64,000 nucleotides of DNA from Raillietiella orientalis (lineage: Eukaryota), in NCBI GenBank assembly GCA_036172245.1, contig JAYWIR010000005.1, positions 620,001 through 684,000 of the forward strand. The letters run 5' to 3'. The notes under the pieces were generated by a model. It did not search any database and was not told where the DNA came from. It was given only the letters and a program-made list of their open reading frames with translations. This document shows positions 44,501 through 56,800 of this stretch, one piece after another (the first letter of the stretch is position 1; each line of letters starts with the position of its first letter). The position numbers and the translations under genes were made by a program.

Positions 44501-44648
44501 AGTGGTGGGTCATTATGTATGCCACATTCTAAAAGATGGGCATTGGGTTATTTACAATGACAGCTACATTGCATTGTCAGAAAATCCTCCAAAGCATCTT
44601 GGTTATTTATACTTTTATGAACGCATTAGTCATAGTGGAATAAATTGA
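41597..44648 (+). CDS. USP5: Ubiquitin carboxyl-terminal hydrolase 5/13 (isopeptidase T)
   Basis: N-terminal [23 protein letters not shown], ZnF-UBP ([24 protein letters not shown]...HALEHY), Cys box [20 protein letters not shown], two UBA domains and His box [18 protein letters not shown]...YND. Ten GT-AG introns: one of 359 nt, the rest ~39-50 nt. Confidence 0.96.
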
Positions 44649-44849
44649 TAAGTGCATTCTACACATTTGTTCCTTATTTAGCAGTTGATGTACAGTTGCT
44701 AAGTAGTTCCATCAAATCTGAGTCCTGTGTGCTTCGAAACTATGATTTAGTATGTGCATGAAGCTGCAGGGAAATACAATCAATGAATTACAGTTAGACT
44801 ATTCATAGATGGAACATGTTCGGGTAAGGAAAAATTGCCAGATAGATCA

Positions 44850-46930
44850 GAAAGGCATGATTGTGCTAGAGGTACGTGATCTTGGATGCTGATGATATTT
44901 GTGATATGATTTGAACACTTAATGACATAAATGATGCAGCCACATTGAGTGATTCCAACTGTACTAAGAACCAGTGGTCATATATGAGACTAGAAAAGTG
45001 CGGAACTTGGTAGACTGTCACAATAGGAAATGAGTTTACAAATCCGTTCACTTTCCTTGTGTGGAGCGTGGCACAAAAAGCATTGTAGGATGCATAATTA
45101 ATTGGTTGCTTGATTCACTCGTTCATTCAGGTGCTATTATTTGCTTGGCTGTTCGTTTGAAATGTCAATGGATGCGAGAACCCAGAAAATTCGATATATC
45201 CAAAAGGCTTGGTCAAAATATGTTCGATAAAGCGCCAGGATTTGTTGGCAAGCTGTCATGTGCCCCAATCTTATTTATAGTTTCCAGTCTTGTCTATATG
45301 ACATCCATTTCATATTTTCCGATAATTCCAGCACCATATCAACACATTTTCATCAATCAGGCAATGAGCTTTATTTTTATATGACCTGTAAAGGAAGGGA
45401 AAAGGTGCACAAATGAAGTGATTAGTGTTATCTATGCATTCCTCTAATTAATTAAAGGTCAGCATGACCTCAAGCACATGACCTCAGTTTTCGGAGCTTT
45501 AAATAGAGCACTTGAAATCTTCAGGATTAGTGAATTTTTAGCCAAATATTAGTAAAGGTGTGTGCAATGAACCCCCTGGCATTTCAATTTTGCGTGGGAT
45601 CGAGAATTCTTCATAGAAGTAAAACGGGAGAGCTAGGTGCCTGGTCTGCCGTGAATTTGTTGCAGATATGGGAAACTGTAACGAGTAAAGGCACCTGACC
45701 ACAAAATGTGGATTTCAGAAAGGCAGCTGGTGAGGCTCGGGGCATGGAAGTCTGCAGCACGAAACACTCTGGAACTGCGACAGCTATTGAATGGCAAGAT
45801 CGGCTGCAGATCGCAATGTGCGTGCAAGCGGCGGCCTAATTGCTAAGCGAACTTTGGAGGAGTTTGTGTGAGTTTACCAGAAGAAGCGATGGATTAATTC
45901 GAAAGAGATGGTTTTCCCCGCGGAACTGTGCGGGGTCGACGAAGCAGCAACGGATTTGATCGATGCTGAATTTGAGGGACGCAAAGATTTTTTCCCTTCT
46001 TTTTGGCACTTGTTGAGGATATCACAGAGCTCAGTCCAGTTACCAATTTTTAATGTGTGGGGTGAGGGAGGGGGATGAACAAAGAAATGAATCTGTTTAA
46101 GGATTTCTTTCCCTTAATTCTGATTCGAGGGCTACCATGGGGCAGTACGTATTCGGGAAAGTGGTATTACCCAAATTCGCCACATGAAAAACTCATGGGA
46201 CCCTGTCAAGAGTTCGGAGAACAATAGCCTCCTTAGTGTTACGGAGAAAGATCGAGATTCAGGGATCCGAGTCCGGAAGGTTTGGTCCTTTGCCAGGGTT
46301 GCATACGTGAAGAACATCTTTCCATCCGTCCAGCGCGTAACTTTTCCCAGAAATGTCTGTGATGATTCAGTGATTCGTTAGAGATCTCACGATTCCCAAC
46401 GAATCATTTAGTTCGCCGCCGTCGTTGCTGCAGAGGAGGAATGTGAGCATCTTTATGATTCCCAAGTTCAGGTTAGGTCAGTAGGCGTGAGACGTCGGAG
46501 AGGTTTCCGCGAACTCAAGGGAGAGATCAAGTTGTCTCGCGGATGCGGAATGTAATCCGATACAGGAAGTGGGAAACAACGATTGGCTTTGTACTCTGGC
46601 ATTTCGTTAGGCATCAGCGCTTACTTGTGAGAGTGGATGTTACACTTCAAGGACCCTTGCAGTGAGTCAACTCCTCCTCTATTTTAGTGTCCCTTCCGTA
46701 AGCACAACTTGCGCGAAGGTAGCTTTCTTTTTGAGCGACGACTTGGCACCTTCCTCGATGGTGCAGTCGGTGATTGCGGTGTCTGTCGTGAAACCTGGGG
46801 AGGAGTTTTCAGCTAGCAGTAATCACGCCTCCGCGTTGGTCCTCGGCTATGACATTGCCCGTGCGACAAAGCTGGGGAGGAAGGTCGAAAACTTGAAGAA
46901 GAATCGGAAAAACAGATCTGGAGCGTGAGA
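44850..46930 (-). mobile_element. Possible highly decayed non-LTR retrotransposon remnant
   Basis: Stop-riddled minus-strand translations contain an ORF1-like KKKATFAQVVL (~46700) and an endonuclease-like SCLSEIHIL (~45720), in the expected order. Motifs are weak. Confidence 0.28.
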
Positions 46931-49900
46931 TGAAATGAAGATGGAACTGCAGTTATCTTCTGCTCCACTCTCGGGCGCAGATAGCCCGGAGAGGGTTCCT
47001 TCAGATTTTGAATTTTTGGTCAACTGGTTTGCAAGCTGGTGATTTATGAGGAATTCTTCATTCGGTTCCCTAACTGTGTGTTAACTGTGGCTTATAAGTT
47101 CTGTTCTTATATAAGAGCCTCCCTTCCTGAAAACATATGCCTTGAAACTGGGTGTTCTGTTGGCAATATCAGTGCGAACATTTTTTCTTAAAAGCGACCA
47201 TGCCGAAATGGCCGCTTTTAAGGTCGAAAGGCTCCGACCCAAAGATGATCATGACCTACTCCTCATTGCAGATTTTCCATCCCGTGCTGATATTAACGAG
47301 CTTCCATAATTGAAAGAAATGCAGGAATCTCATTAAGATGCATTTACAATAGCCATAATGATAAACAGTGAAGTAGGAGAATCTGATAGTTTATGTCATT
47401 TTGCTTGATTAGTTTTTTTTTTTATTGGCGTATACATTACAGCAAAGGATGATTTATTTGTGCCCCAAGCATATATAAGTTTCAATTAATTTTTTGCTGT
47501 TTCATAAATATTTTTGTAGCTGCACGAAACCTTTTAAGCTCAGACATCGATAACTCATTTAATCCACTTCATAAAGAAAATTTGTGAAAAACGAACTTTA
47601 ATAAATTCGAAGTTTGGACCTAAGTGAGAAATAACATCACGAAGGTTTATCCAGAGTCCCAATCAACTTGAGATCCACAGTTGTTTAACTCCCTCCCCTT
47701 CCTGCTCCCCCACTCTCCTAGGCATTTCCATTTAGATGCATCCCTAGCACCTAGGCAATGGGAATGAGAGAAGCAACCTAATAGTTAAACCGGGGACATT
47801 ACAGGGCATCCACACTACGTTTGTGTATGAGAGAAAACTTAAATAAGGACATTGGTTATTATAAACTTGTGAAATTCGCATTCGTCGTCCGTCTCAGTCT
47901 CATACGCTGTTTTTGACGAATGTTAAACGCACATAATTATGATTACGATTATTATTGGCTTAGTTTTACCATTTTCCAAAAGCCCTGTATTTTGATGCAC
48001 CTCTTGGTGTTCGTTCGGCTAGTTACTCTGCCAACTGTACTTCCACAGGGCAATCGAAAAAATTTGCTTTCCACTTTCAGCGTTTCAACGTACTTTTCTC
48101 TAGAAAACAAGGTAACTTAAATGCATTAAAAATTCGTAGACGTCTTTGTACTTGGAAAACAACAAAAACAAAAGCACAGAAACAAATAATATTACGAAGG
48201 GACCATGAAAAATTTTCATATTGAAAGAGCAAATAATTCAACTGAATTAATTTATAACAGTTGTTGATGGAAGTCTTGTTTCGGACGAGGTGACGTAACT
48301 TTCAAACATATATGCGTATATATGTACTTGAAAGAGCAGTTCAAAGAACCTTAATCCTTCCACTGGATCGCTCGCGTTTCTGAGAATCATTTTCTTTCCT
48401 TTTTAATCCCTATCTGAACAATCTGTAGTTTCTGTGACTACATCAGAGTAGAGATATCTGACATACTGAACCGTTTCGTTCTAAATTTGAAACGTTACGG
48501 TATGTTTCAGTGTTTTGTACCAACATGATTTAAGAAATTCAAGCTCTGTTGCTTTTATGTTCTTTCAGAGTAACAATTGGATGCTTTACTTTTTCATCAT
48601 GAGCGTGAATATTATATTGGCCGAAAAGTGCCTCTAATTTTAGGTGTTTTTTTGTTTTCTTTTCTCTTTTTTAACATGTGCTTTTCAAGTCTATTTTACT
48701 CTGATCTATTTTAATTGTTTCATAGTCATTGTACCTGAAAAATGTTCAACCTTTGACACCAAAAGCTTCGTATCCTTTACTCTTTAGTTCGGAGTGTGTT
48801 TTTCCGTGCTCACTTTCTTGACCTGTGGTGAATGAATTTTACCTTATAAAATTTTTAATTAGATTACCTTGGAGACTATATTAAATCTACTTTCATCCTT
48901 TTCAAAGTTGCTCCAAATATCACTTTGATTTTCCTTTCTCTGCATATATTGTGAGATTTGTAGAATCGGAAGTGTACTAGATCATTAATATCTTCAAAAA
49001 AAAAAAACACAGAATGCAGCTAATGTGGTAAAGTGTCTAGAAAATTTTTGAAATGGTCGATCAAATTCTAGTGAACGCGGTTTCTTGATTCTGAAGATCA
49101 AATCTCATTACGAAAAGTGGTGCATAAAAAAATCATGTAACTTAAGCTAAATAATGAGAAAAGAGTTTTAGTTTCATACTACTTAAAGTTAAAGATTATT
49201 GCCTTTGATTAGTGTTAAAGGTAAACTTTCAATAACAACAAGACTGTTGATTTTTGTTTAACCGAAGACTTTCGGTATGTTATAATAAGATAACAGTTTG
49301 GGATGTACTTTCAAAGGTGTAATTCTAATAAAAACAGAGGTTTCAGAGGCACTTGTTTTTGTAAAACGAAGCCGAATTCTGTTCAGTTAATTACTGATTT
49401 CTTTAAATTGGAATTAATTTTGTTTTCATTTATTGAAAATTATAGACTTCGTTTGAGTAAGTATAATGGAAAAAACAAAACAAAACAAAACAATCGACAT
49501 TTGGCAACGCGGTTTTTCCTACGTTTGAAGTTCCGTGGTCGGTAAGACCTGTAGTACGAAGTGTATTTTTTCCCCACAGAGGAAATTGTAATTTAGGGAT
49601 TTCTAGTGGAATGTTTCTCGTTTGCTTTATTCCTGTGTTTTTAGGCAATTTGCAATTAAGTTCAAATTTTTAGTGGTGTATATCAGTTTATGAGATCGGA
49701 GTCCTACTAAAAAGTGAGTAATTTAGATAAAATTTAATATATGATACATTGTGATGAATAATACAAAGATAGACAAGCATACAACTGATAATCCTGATGT
49801 ATATAGAATCTGATGTACACGGGATATCTTTTTCGATTTCTACAGGATGTGCCTCATTAAAAAATGTGTATCTTCCTTAGGCGTACATCATGTGTGCTTC

Positions 49901-51167
49901 TGTGCTCCATGTGCAGAATCCGAATTTTTGAGTAATTCTTAAAATGGAGGAGAACCTCATACATCGGGAAGCTGGTGTTCATCGACAAGTATGACTTTCA
50001 GAATCATGCCATTGCATGGAAACAATAAATATATGTTCACTCATTTAATTTATGCCAAAACTTGAATTTTTTTTATTGTTATACATCTCAAAGAGTGGGG
50101 TAATTTTTGGTTCAAAAAGAGCTTGACAGTTGTTTCTTTAGACAAAATAAAACAGCCAACTTTGCACTTCACGTGGAGTAGAACTAGTGTGCCATATGGA
50201 TCAGGATTGGGAGGCCCATGCTTTCATGTTGCCATTTGAATGTATTCAGACTTTAGTTTCTTTATTTCTTGTAAGCGTGTTGGTGGTTCAGTGACATAAA
50301 GCCTTTTGTGGGATGCTGCTGAATTTTTATAGAACCAATCATGTTTTTGATCTCCACTTTTGGAGACCTGTATGAAACGACTGTCTGTCATCCCAGATCC
50401 TAGGTCGTTCCTAGGATTGTTTATCATGAAATGCCGTAAACATCCTGAAGCACTTAATCCTCCTGAGAGTGATTGGCATTTTAAATTTGCATTAAAGGAT
50501 TTGCACGTTTGCATTATTTTTCAAGGGTGAAACTCCTGGCATCAGAAGAACATCAAGGGTGCATTGACTCTGACCAGAAAAGTGCAGCAGCTTGTATGGT
50601 TGGGCTGGAGATTAATACTGGAGGTAAATTCAACTTCACAATGTGTTGGTGCTTAGCTGCAGTGTGTCATGTAACAATACAATTTGGGCAACTTTGAGTT
50701 GTACATGTGGGGTTGTGTGCATCAGGTAAGATGCATACTGAGGAATGAACCACAGAGTTCCCCGTTTTCTTGTCCATCGCTGTTTACGGAGCTGAGGTAA
50801 GAAATCTGCACCATTGCCTCAACATCTGCAGCATCTGCAACGGTGGTGCAGTGCCATCACAGTGCCAATTTGGTAAACAGATGTTCCACTGGAAGAAGGC
50901 AAATTTGACGATGATGCTGTTTTGGTCAAGTTTCGGTGCAGTTCAGGGAATCCCCTCCACGAAAGGACGTAGGGATACGTGTAATCATCGCACTTCCGCA
51001 TCTTGGAGTAACTATGGTGGGAGCTTTCTCGATTTTCCGGTCGGTGCCCCCCAACCGAACTCTTTTCTGGTGTGGGCATCGAGTGCGAGATGGGCAGAGG
51101 CCGCTCGAATACCGTAGCTGGGATGCCACCACTAGTCGAGGGAGGTTTCCGTGTGGTGTTTTGGCCA

Positions 51168-52254
51168 TTATCGCGGGAAACGGTTGCTGGCGGTCGCAGA
51201 GATGGCGTCATTCAATTTGCTCTCTCGCCTCTTCTGCAAGGACGATGATGCTGATGACGCTGATGGGAGGACGCTGATGACCGCAGGGTTTGCATCGTTG
51301 GGAGGTCGCAGCGCAGCCTTTCCGTCGGGGAAATGGATTTGTCCGGACACGCCGGCAGGCGTGTCCGGACACGAGCTCGGCAGGGTTGCCAAAGTCTCCC
51401 TGTATGCTCTTAGCACCAGCTCGAAATAGATGCTAAAGAGCAAGGGGCTCAGGCTGTCACTCTGCCTTCTGCCACGTCGAACTGGCACGCCGTACACGTG
51501 CCGACCGCTGAAACAAATGTTTATATATGCGAAGCGCCAGCAGGAGCGCAGGTGGGCCAAGAAGACAGCCGGAAATCCCATGCGTCCCAATAGCTCCAGA
51601 AGAAGATCCTGGTCAACGCAGTTGAAAGCTTTATGCAAATTGAATGCGACTGCAAGGGCTCCGGACGCCGCTTCTCCCCCTCGGCCTTCCCCCCCCCCCC
51701 CTGTCAGATGAGAGTCCGGGACTCTCCTGACGCATCTGCCCTCGCGTTGTTGCAACTGCCACCAGGTGCTGGCGAAGAACAGTTTGGCTTCCATGGTTCG
51801 CCTGGGAACCGCGTAAGCCTGTTCCGGAGTGACCACGGATTCCGCTACCCGTCCCAGTCGCTCAGCCCAGAGTTTGGAAAGCAACTTCGCATCCGCATTC
51901 ACTACAGTGATGGGACGCCAGTTGCCTACGTTGCGCAAATCTCCTCCCTTGGGGAGGAGACGTACTCTCGCTGACCGGAACGAAATCGGGACATCCCCGC
52001 GTTCACGGATCAGCTGGCATAGTTTGTATACCAGGGGACGAGCTCGGCCGCGAAGCATTGATAGAACTAAGCGGGCAGGACGTCTTCCACTGGTGCTTTG
52101 TGTTTTCTTAATTTCACGATGACGGAGATGATCTCCGCCATCATGAAATCCTGGTGTAGACGGCTGTGTTGCTCCTCCCATAACGCGGAGGCTCCCTCTG
52201 GCAGCAGACGCTGCTCAAAGTCGCGCTTCGGTGTATTTCTCGCCTCCCAGTGGT
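51168..52254 (-). mobile_element. Inactive Tx1/L1-like LINE reverse transcriptase fragment (inverted)
   Basis: KLRKHKAPVEDVLPA*FYQ, then after a frameshift RLLPKGGDLRNVGNWRPITVVNADAKLLSK...EQAYAVPRR...FNLHKAFNCVD...RRGRRQSDSLSPLLF. DxxKAFD has decayed to NLHKAFN and no YADD is present. Confidence 0.88.
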
Positions 52255-52466
52255 CAGTGATCCCTTCCCGACCCTCCAAATTCTATCTTTTTCTTCTTAT
52301 TGTTTTATTTTTCTTTTTGTTTTTTCCCCATCCCCTTCCACTGCCGAGGAAAGTCACGCTGGTCTGAGTCCCGGCGTCTCGACAGGTCCTGCGTAGTGTT
52401 GGCCGTTAATGGAGCCTTATACTACGTTTTGTGCTGACTTCATGAAGACTTTGAATAAATGTCCCG
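52255..52466 (+). mobile_element. LINE 3'UTR copy A with AATAAA (52454-52459)
   Basis: Aligns with 53368-53570: cagtgatccc.tc.cgaccctccaaa...T-rich...ttccccatcccc...caggtcc...ttggccg...gcctt.tact...aataaa.g.cccgg. Confidence 0.75.
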
Positions 52467-53570
52467 GCATATCCGGGTGGCAACGCCGAAACCTTTCGCT
52501 CGTTCCTGGAAGGCAAGCTTGTCCTGCCGGAACGGGCCGCGGTATGGAACGCGTTCTCAGCTCCCATCCTCCTCCCCCTGCTTTTTGTTTGCCCCGTCCC
52601 CCCCCCAGTTGAAGAAGCGAACAAAGGACCTCCTCCGTATCGCCCTGTGGGGCAATGGAAAGCCTCGAGTGAAGCTGCAGGGCTTATGCGCTCCGCGTCG
52701 GAACGGTGGTCTCGGCCTCCTGTCGATGGAGCGCTTGGAAATCCAGCTACGATGCCCTACCATGGCCATCGCAGCGAAGTTGTGGAGCGCCTCTTGGTGC
52801 GTTCCGGCCCGCCTCCTAGCTAGCCGTGTATCCAGGACGCAAGGACTCGCGTCTCATCTTCCGTGTCCCGGCCGGAAGATCAGAAAATGAGGCCTTCTCC
52901 TTGGACGCATGGCCACACTGGCCAAGGAGAACGGCTGGATGGTATGCAGCCCCGCCAACTCCTCCGCATGGCTGGAGGACACGGGGCGAGTGAATCCGAA
53001 CTGTACCAGGTGCGGGGAACGGGAATCCCTCCCGCACCTTTTAGTTGACTGTGTTGCCCTCTGGCCCCTTTGGGAACGCTTCGGGACGACCCTAGGGATC
53101 CTGGGGCTCAGTCCTCCCAGAGACGTTTTTCGGCTCCTCTTCGTGGGGGACGCCCTGAAGCCAGCCGCAGCCGTAGCAGCGCTCAGCTGCATTCGCGGTA
53201 TTGTGGCAGCTTGGAGTGGATCCGACGAAGTAGAAGATGTTAACGGAAGGGATGTCATGGAGTATGCAGCTCGCTTCCTGCGAATAGCAATCCGATGGCC
53301 CCACCTGGGAAACACGCAGAAGGACCTCGTCGGCATCCTGCAAAGGATGGAACCTCCACCAAGCGGACAGTGATCCCATCTCGACCCTCCAAAGAACTAT
53401 TGTTTTTTCAGTTTTCTTTTATTTTTCTTTTTGTTTTTCCCCATCCCCCTCCGCTGCGTTGGAGAGACAAGTCGGTCTGCGCACCGACGACGACCCGGCA
53501 GGTCCCTTGTTTTATTGGCCGCAGCGGGGCCTTGTACTGCAAATCTCGATGTTTATAATAAACGCCCCGG
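52467..53570 (+). mobile_element. 5'-truncated LINE: ORF2 C-terminus (post-RT region, CCHC zinc finger) plus 3'UTR copy B
   Basis: WQRRNLSLVPG, LWGNGKPRVKLQGLCAPRRNGGLGL and CTRCGERESLPHLLVDC (zf-RVT type), frameshifted. Stop at 53371-53373; AATAAA at 53557-53562. Confidence 0.85.
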
Positions 53571-53574
53571 TTTG

Positions 53575-53830
53575 ATCGGATGATAATGTCGAAGCGTATG
53601 GCGAGCAGCGCATTAGCGGCGGTTGGCTTCAGCAGGAAGACCACTCCGCGGGAGTGGTCTTCCGCCTCAGGGTAAGGGGGTGAGGCGAAGGGTTTCTTGC
53701 TGCAGTCTTCCAGGTCAGAAATCCCGTCGCGGTCCCAGCCGCTGCTGAAGCCAAGCCCGGAGCCGCCGCCACGGCAAGGGGGAGAGCGCCGTTCCGCAGA
53801 CGCTTAGAGCCGGTCCATCGCCTCCTGGGA
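53575..53830 (-). mobile_element. Possible third, inverted and diverged LINE C-terminal fragment
   Basis: Minus translation PLPWRRLRAWLQQRLGPRRDF*...LLKPTAANALLAIRFDII resembles PLWERFGTTLGILGLSPPRDVF...ALKPAAAVAALSCIRGIV of the adjacent copy. Confidence 0.4.
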
Positions 53831-56800
53831 AGGGTGAAGCTGCGAGCGTCGCGCCGTTCGCCTCCAGCCCCGGCGAGGAAAGCCCGCAGGGGGTGGCATC
53901 ACCCTGCCTGCCAGGGTGGTGCCTCCTTCCGCGCGGGTCCCAATTTTCCCTCCCCCGTCCCACTGCTCTGCACCGGGTCGCCTGCATCCCAGAGGAAGTG
54001 ATCCGAGCGAGGGACCCGGTGCAATCCCTGGCGCGGAGCGAAGCTGCAGCCTGCAGGACGCGATCGGTGCTGCGGGACGCGCCTTGGTCGTTCCCGTGGG
54101 AGGCGGCGAATGCGCGGATCGTGACAGTGGGGCTCCAAGTGTCGGAAGGCAGAAGCCGCTGCTGAGGAGGGCAGGGCGGAGGGAGCGCCTACCTACCGGA
54201 GAGCCAGGGAGTTTCCGGCGGCCGCCGCGCGGCGGGACTTCTCTCCCCCATCCTCCCTTCCCCGCCTCTTCTCTCGTCAAGAGGAGGATCGAAGGCGTTG
54301 TCCGGGAGGCCCTTCAGGGAAGGAGCCCAGAAGACCGAACTGCACCGCCACCGGCCTCCCCAGGACGACGGGGCGGCGCCAGCTGGCTCCTCGTCGTCGC
54401 CGTCCGATCCCGGAGAGACGCCACTCACGAGCGTCGCGCCCCCCTCCCGTCCCTCCGTGAGCTTCCGGGATCGTCGCCGACTCGGCCGCGCGGTGTCTTC
54501 CGTTCGAGTCGGCCTCGGAGGCGAGGGATGACGTCAGGCGTCGTCATCATCGCCAGACGGAGGGGAGCGCGCAGCCTGCTCTTCCGGAGGATCCGTGGAG
54601 CCGCTTAGGTGCAGCTGGCTTTGGGGGCACCTACTCGGAGGCGTCCCGGGACAGCTGCGCTCCCCCGGAGAGCTCCTCCGCGCTGGACTCCAAGTGCGAA
54701 TGTCATCCGGCGTGTGCGGCGTGCGCGCACGCGCGCGAGCGGTTCCTCTGAGGAAGCCTCCGCAGGCAATACAGGATGGGAAAGAGGCGGAGCAGCTGGC
54801 GCACGTACGCACGGGCGTATTCCAATCCCGGGCTGGCCAGAGATGGCCAGGCCAGGAGATTGCGGGGGAAGCACGCGCATGTCTACCTCCCCTCCGGAGC
54901 GCCACTGCCTCGCGCACGCAAGGAAGGAAGAGAAGGAAGTGTCCAGCGCACGCGCTGCCCCGCAGCCGCTGCCGCACCCCAGTCGTCGCGCGCGGCTTCG
55001 TTTCACGGGCGCGGATCGATAGAGCGCGGACTGCTCGGCCGCCCCTGCGGCCCGCGCCGCGCAGGCGCGGGTCGCGCTGCGCGGCCGAGACTGCCTCGCC
55101 GAGCCAGTAGCGCCTCCAGACTCCTGTTGCATCTCTCCCTGCCGCTTCGGGAGTCTGTGCCACGTGCGGGGGCGCGCGGAGAGGACGAACAGGGAACGCA
55201 AGGTGGTGCCAAGCACCACTGCTATCCCGCTGCCAAGGTAACGGGCGGACGGAGGGGCGCGACGCGTGGAAGAGGGGACCCAGGTGGCGGCAACAGTGAT
55301 GGCGCTGGGAGAGGGGGGGGGGGAGGAGGAGGAGGAGGAGGAAGAACGAACGAACGAAGGCGCGCGCGGTGTTCCTGTTGCCCGCATTGCCCTCTCCCCT
55401 TCCTCTACCTCCTCCTCCCCTTGCTCCCCCTCTGGCCCACTTTTTCGCCCCATCCCATTTCCTTGTTTCCTGTTTTCCCTTGACCCTCCTTTGCCGATCG
55501 GAAAGGGAGGAGGAGAAAGGCCGGGTGGAGGCGTCCTTCGTCCCGTGGGGATGGTGGCAGCCAGGTGAGCAGCTGGGCTCTTCAGACTTCTCTCCGCCCG
55601 CTCTTCCCCGGGCACGTCCGTTCGCGCTCCGCTGCGCTTGGACGGACACCTCTGGGAAGGGGGGGGCGGGGAAGGGGTGAGAACCTCCAAGTGTGCCCCA
55701 AGGAGCGGGTTGACCCTGGGGAGAGCGTGTGATGCTCCCCGGTTTCCAGGAGTCTACGCGACTCCTCTCTCTCTCGTCACTCCCGGGAGGCTTGAGGCCG
55801 TTCTGCTGCAATTTCCTAGCTTCCAGCCTCCTTCGTCCGTACCCGACCTTTTCCCACGCGCGCCATGCGTGGACGCAGTTCGCGCCTATCGATCCTCAAG
55901 GCATCCGTGCGGACGCGAACAATCCGAGCGCACGTCAGCGCAGGCCAGGGCGAGAGGGAGATGGGGTGCAAGGCGGGAAGATTCCGGCGGACTCTCCTGC
56001 GCGCTGCTTCGCCCCTCCCTCTCTGCCCCCACGCTCCCTCTGCCCCATCGCCCGTGGGCGACCCGTGGTTTCTTCCTTCGCTCGCTCCTTCCTCTTAAGC
56101 ACCTCCGGTGGCCGCGTTGGTTACTCCCTCCGGGAGTGTTTTTTGGGGCAGGGAAGGCGTGGTACACTTCGGAACGCAAGCGAAAAAGGGAAGTCAACTC
56201 GAATGGGTCCTTCGTTCTGGTCCGGTGCTCCCGCCGGAGGAAAATCCATTATCAACGGAAGAGAAAGAGTTGGCGAGTCCGAAATCGGTCGTCTCCGTCC
56301 ACTTTGCGCACCTCCATGCGCCCTCGTTCGACCTTCTGCTTGTTGCCTCTGCAGTCCATCGAGCGCGGGACCTTCCTGCGGACGTTCATGCTGGCAATGG
56401 ACGGGCGAGCGCCGAACGGTCGATGGATCTCGGTTCCTGCAGGGCGGAGACGCGCTAGCCCGCATCGCGCAACTCCCCTCCCCTACCTCATAGCGAGCAT
56501 TGTCCCGGACAGGAGCTCCCATCATCGCACGGCAGGCGAAAGAATGTTGGGGAAAGTCGGAACGCTGCGCAGTCTCCGCAGAGGTTTCGCCCTCAGAGCA
56601 GCAGTCGAGAGAAACTTGTATTCCGGAAGCATCTTGTCCAGTTTCTGCTATCCACCGCATGCGTTTGTTTTTTCACCTTTGATGATATGACACTTTTTTC
56701 CCTCTTCTTCTTTTCTTTTCTTTTTTTTTTGTTCTTTTTCATCGTTTTGTTGTCGTTGCAAGGTTACACAGTGACATTCGACTGCATTCGATCGTTTTGA

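Noticed and set aside
50770..51280. Plus-strand DADDA and PHLGV as RT motifs 5 and 7
   Set aside because: Wrong order and low-complexity gat/gac context; probably coincidental.
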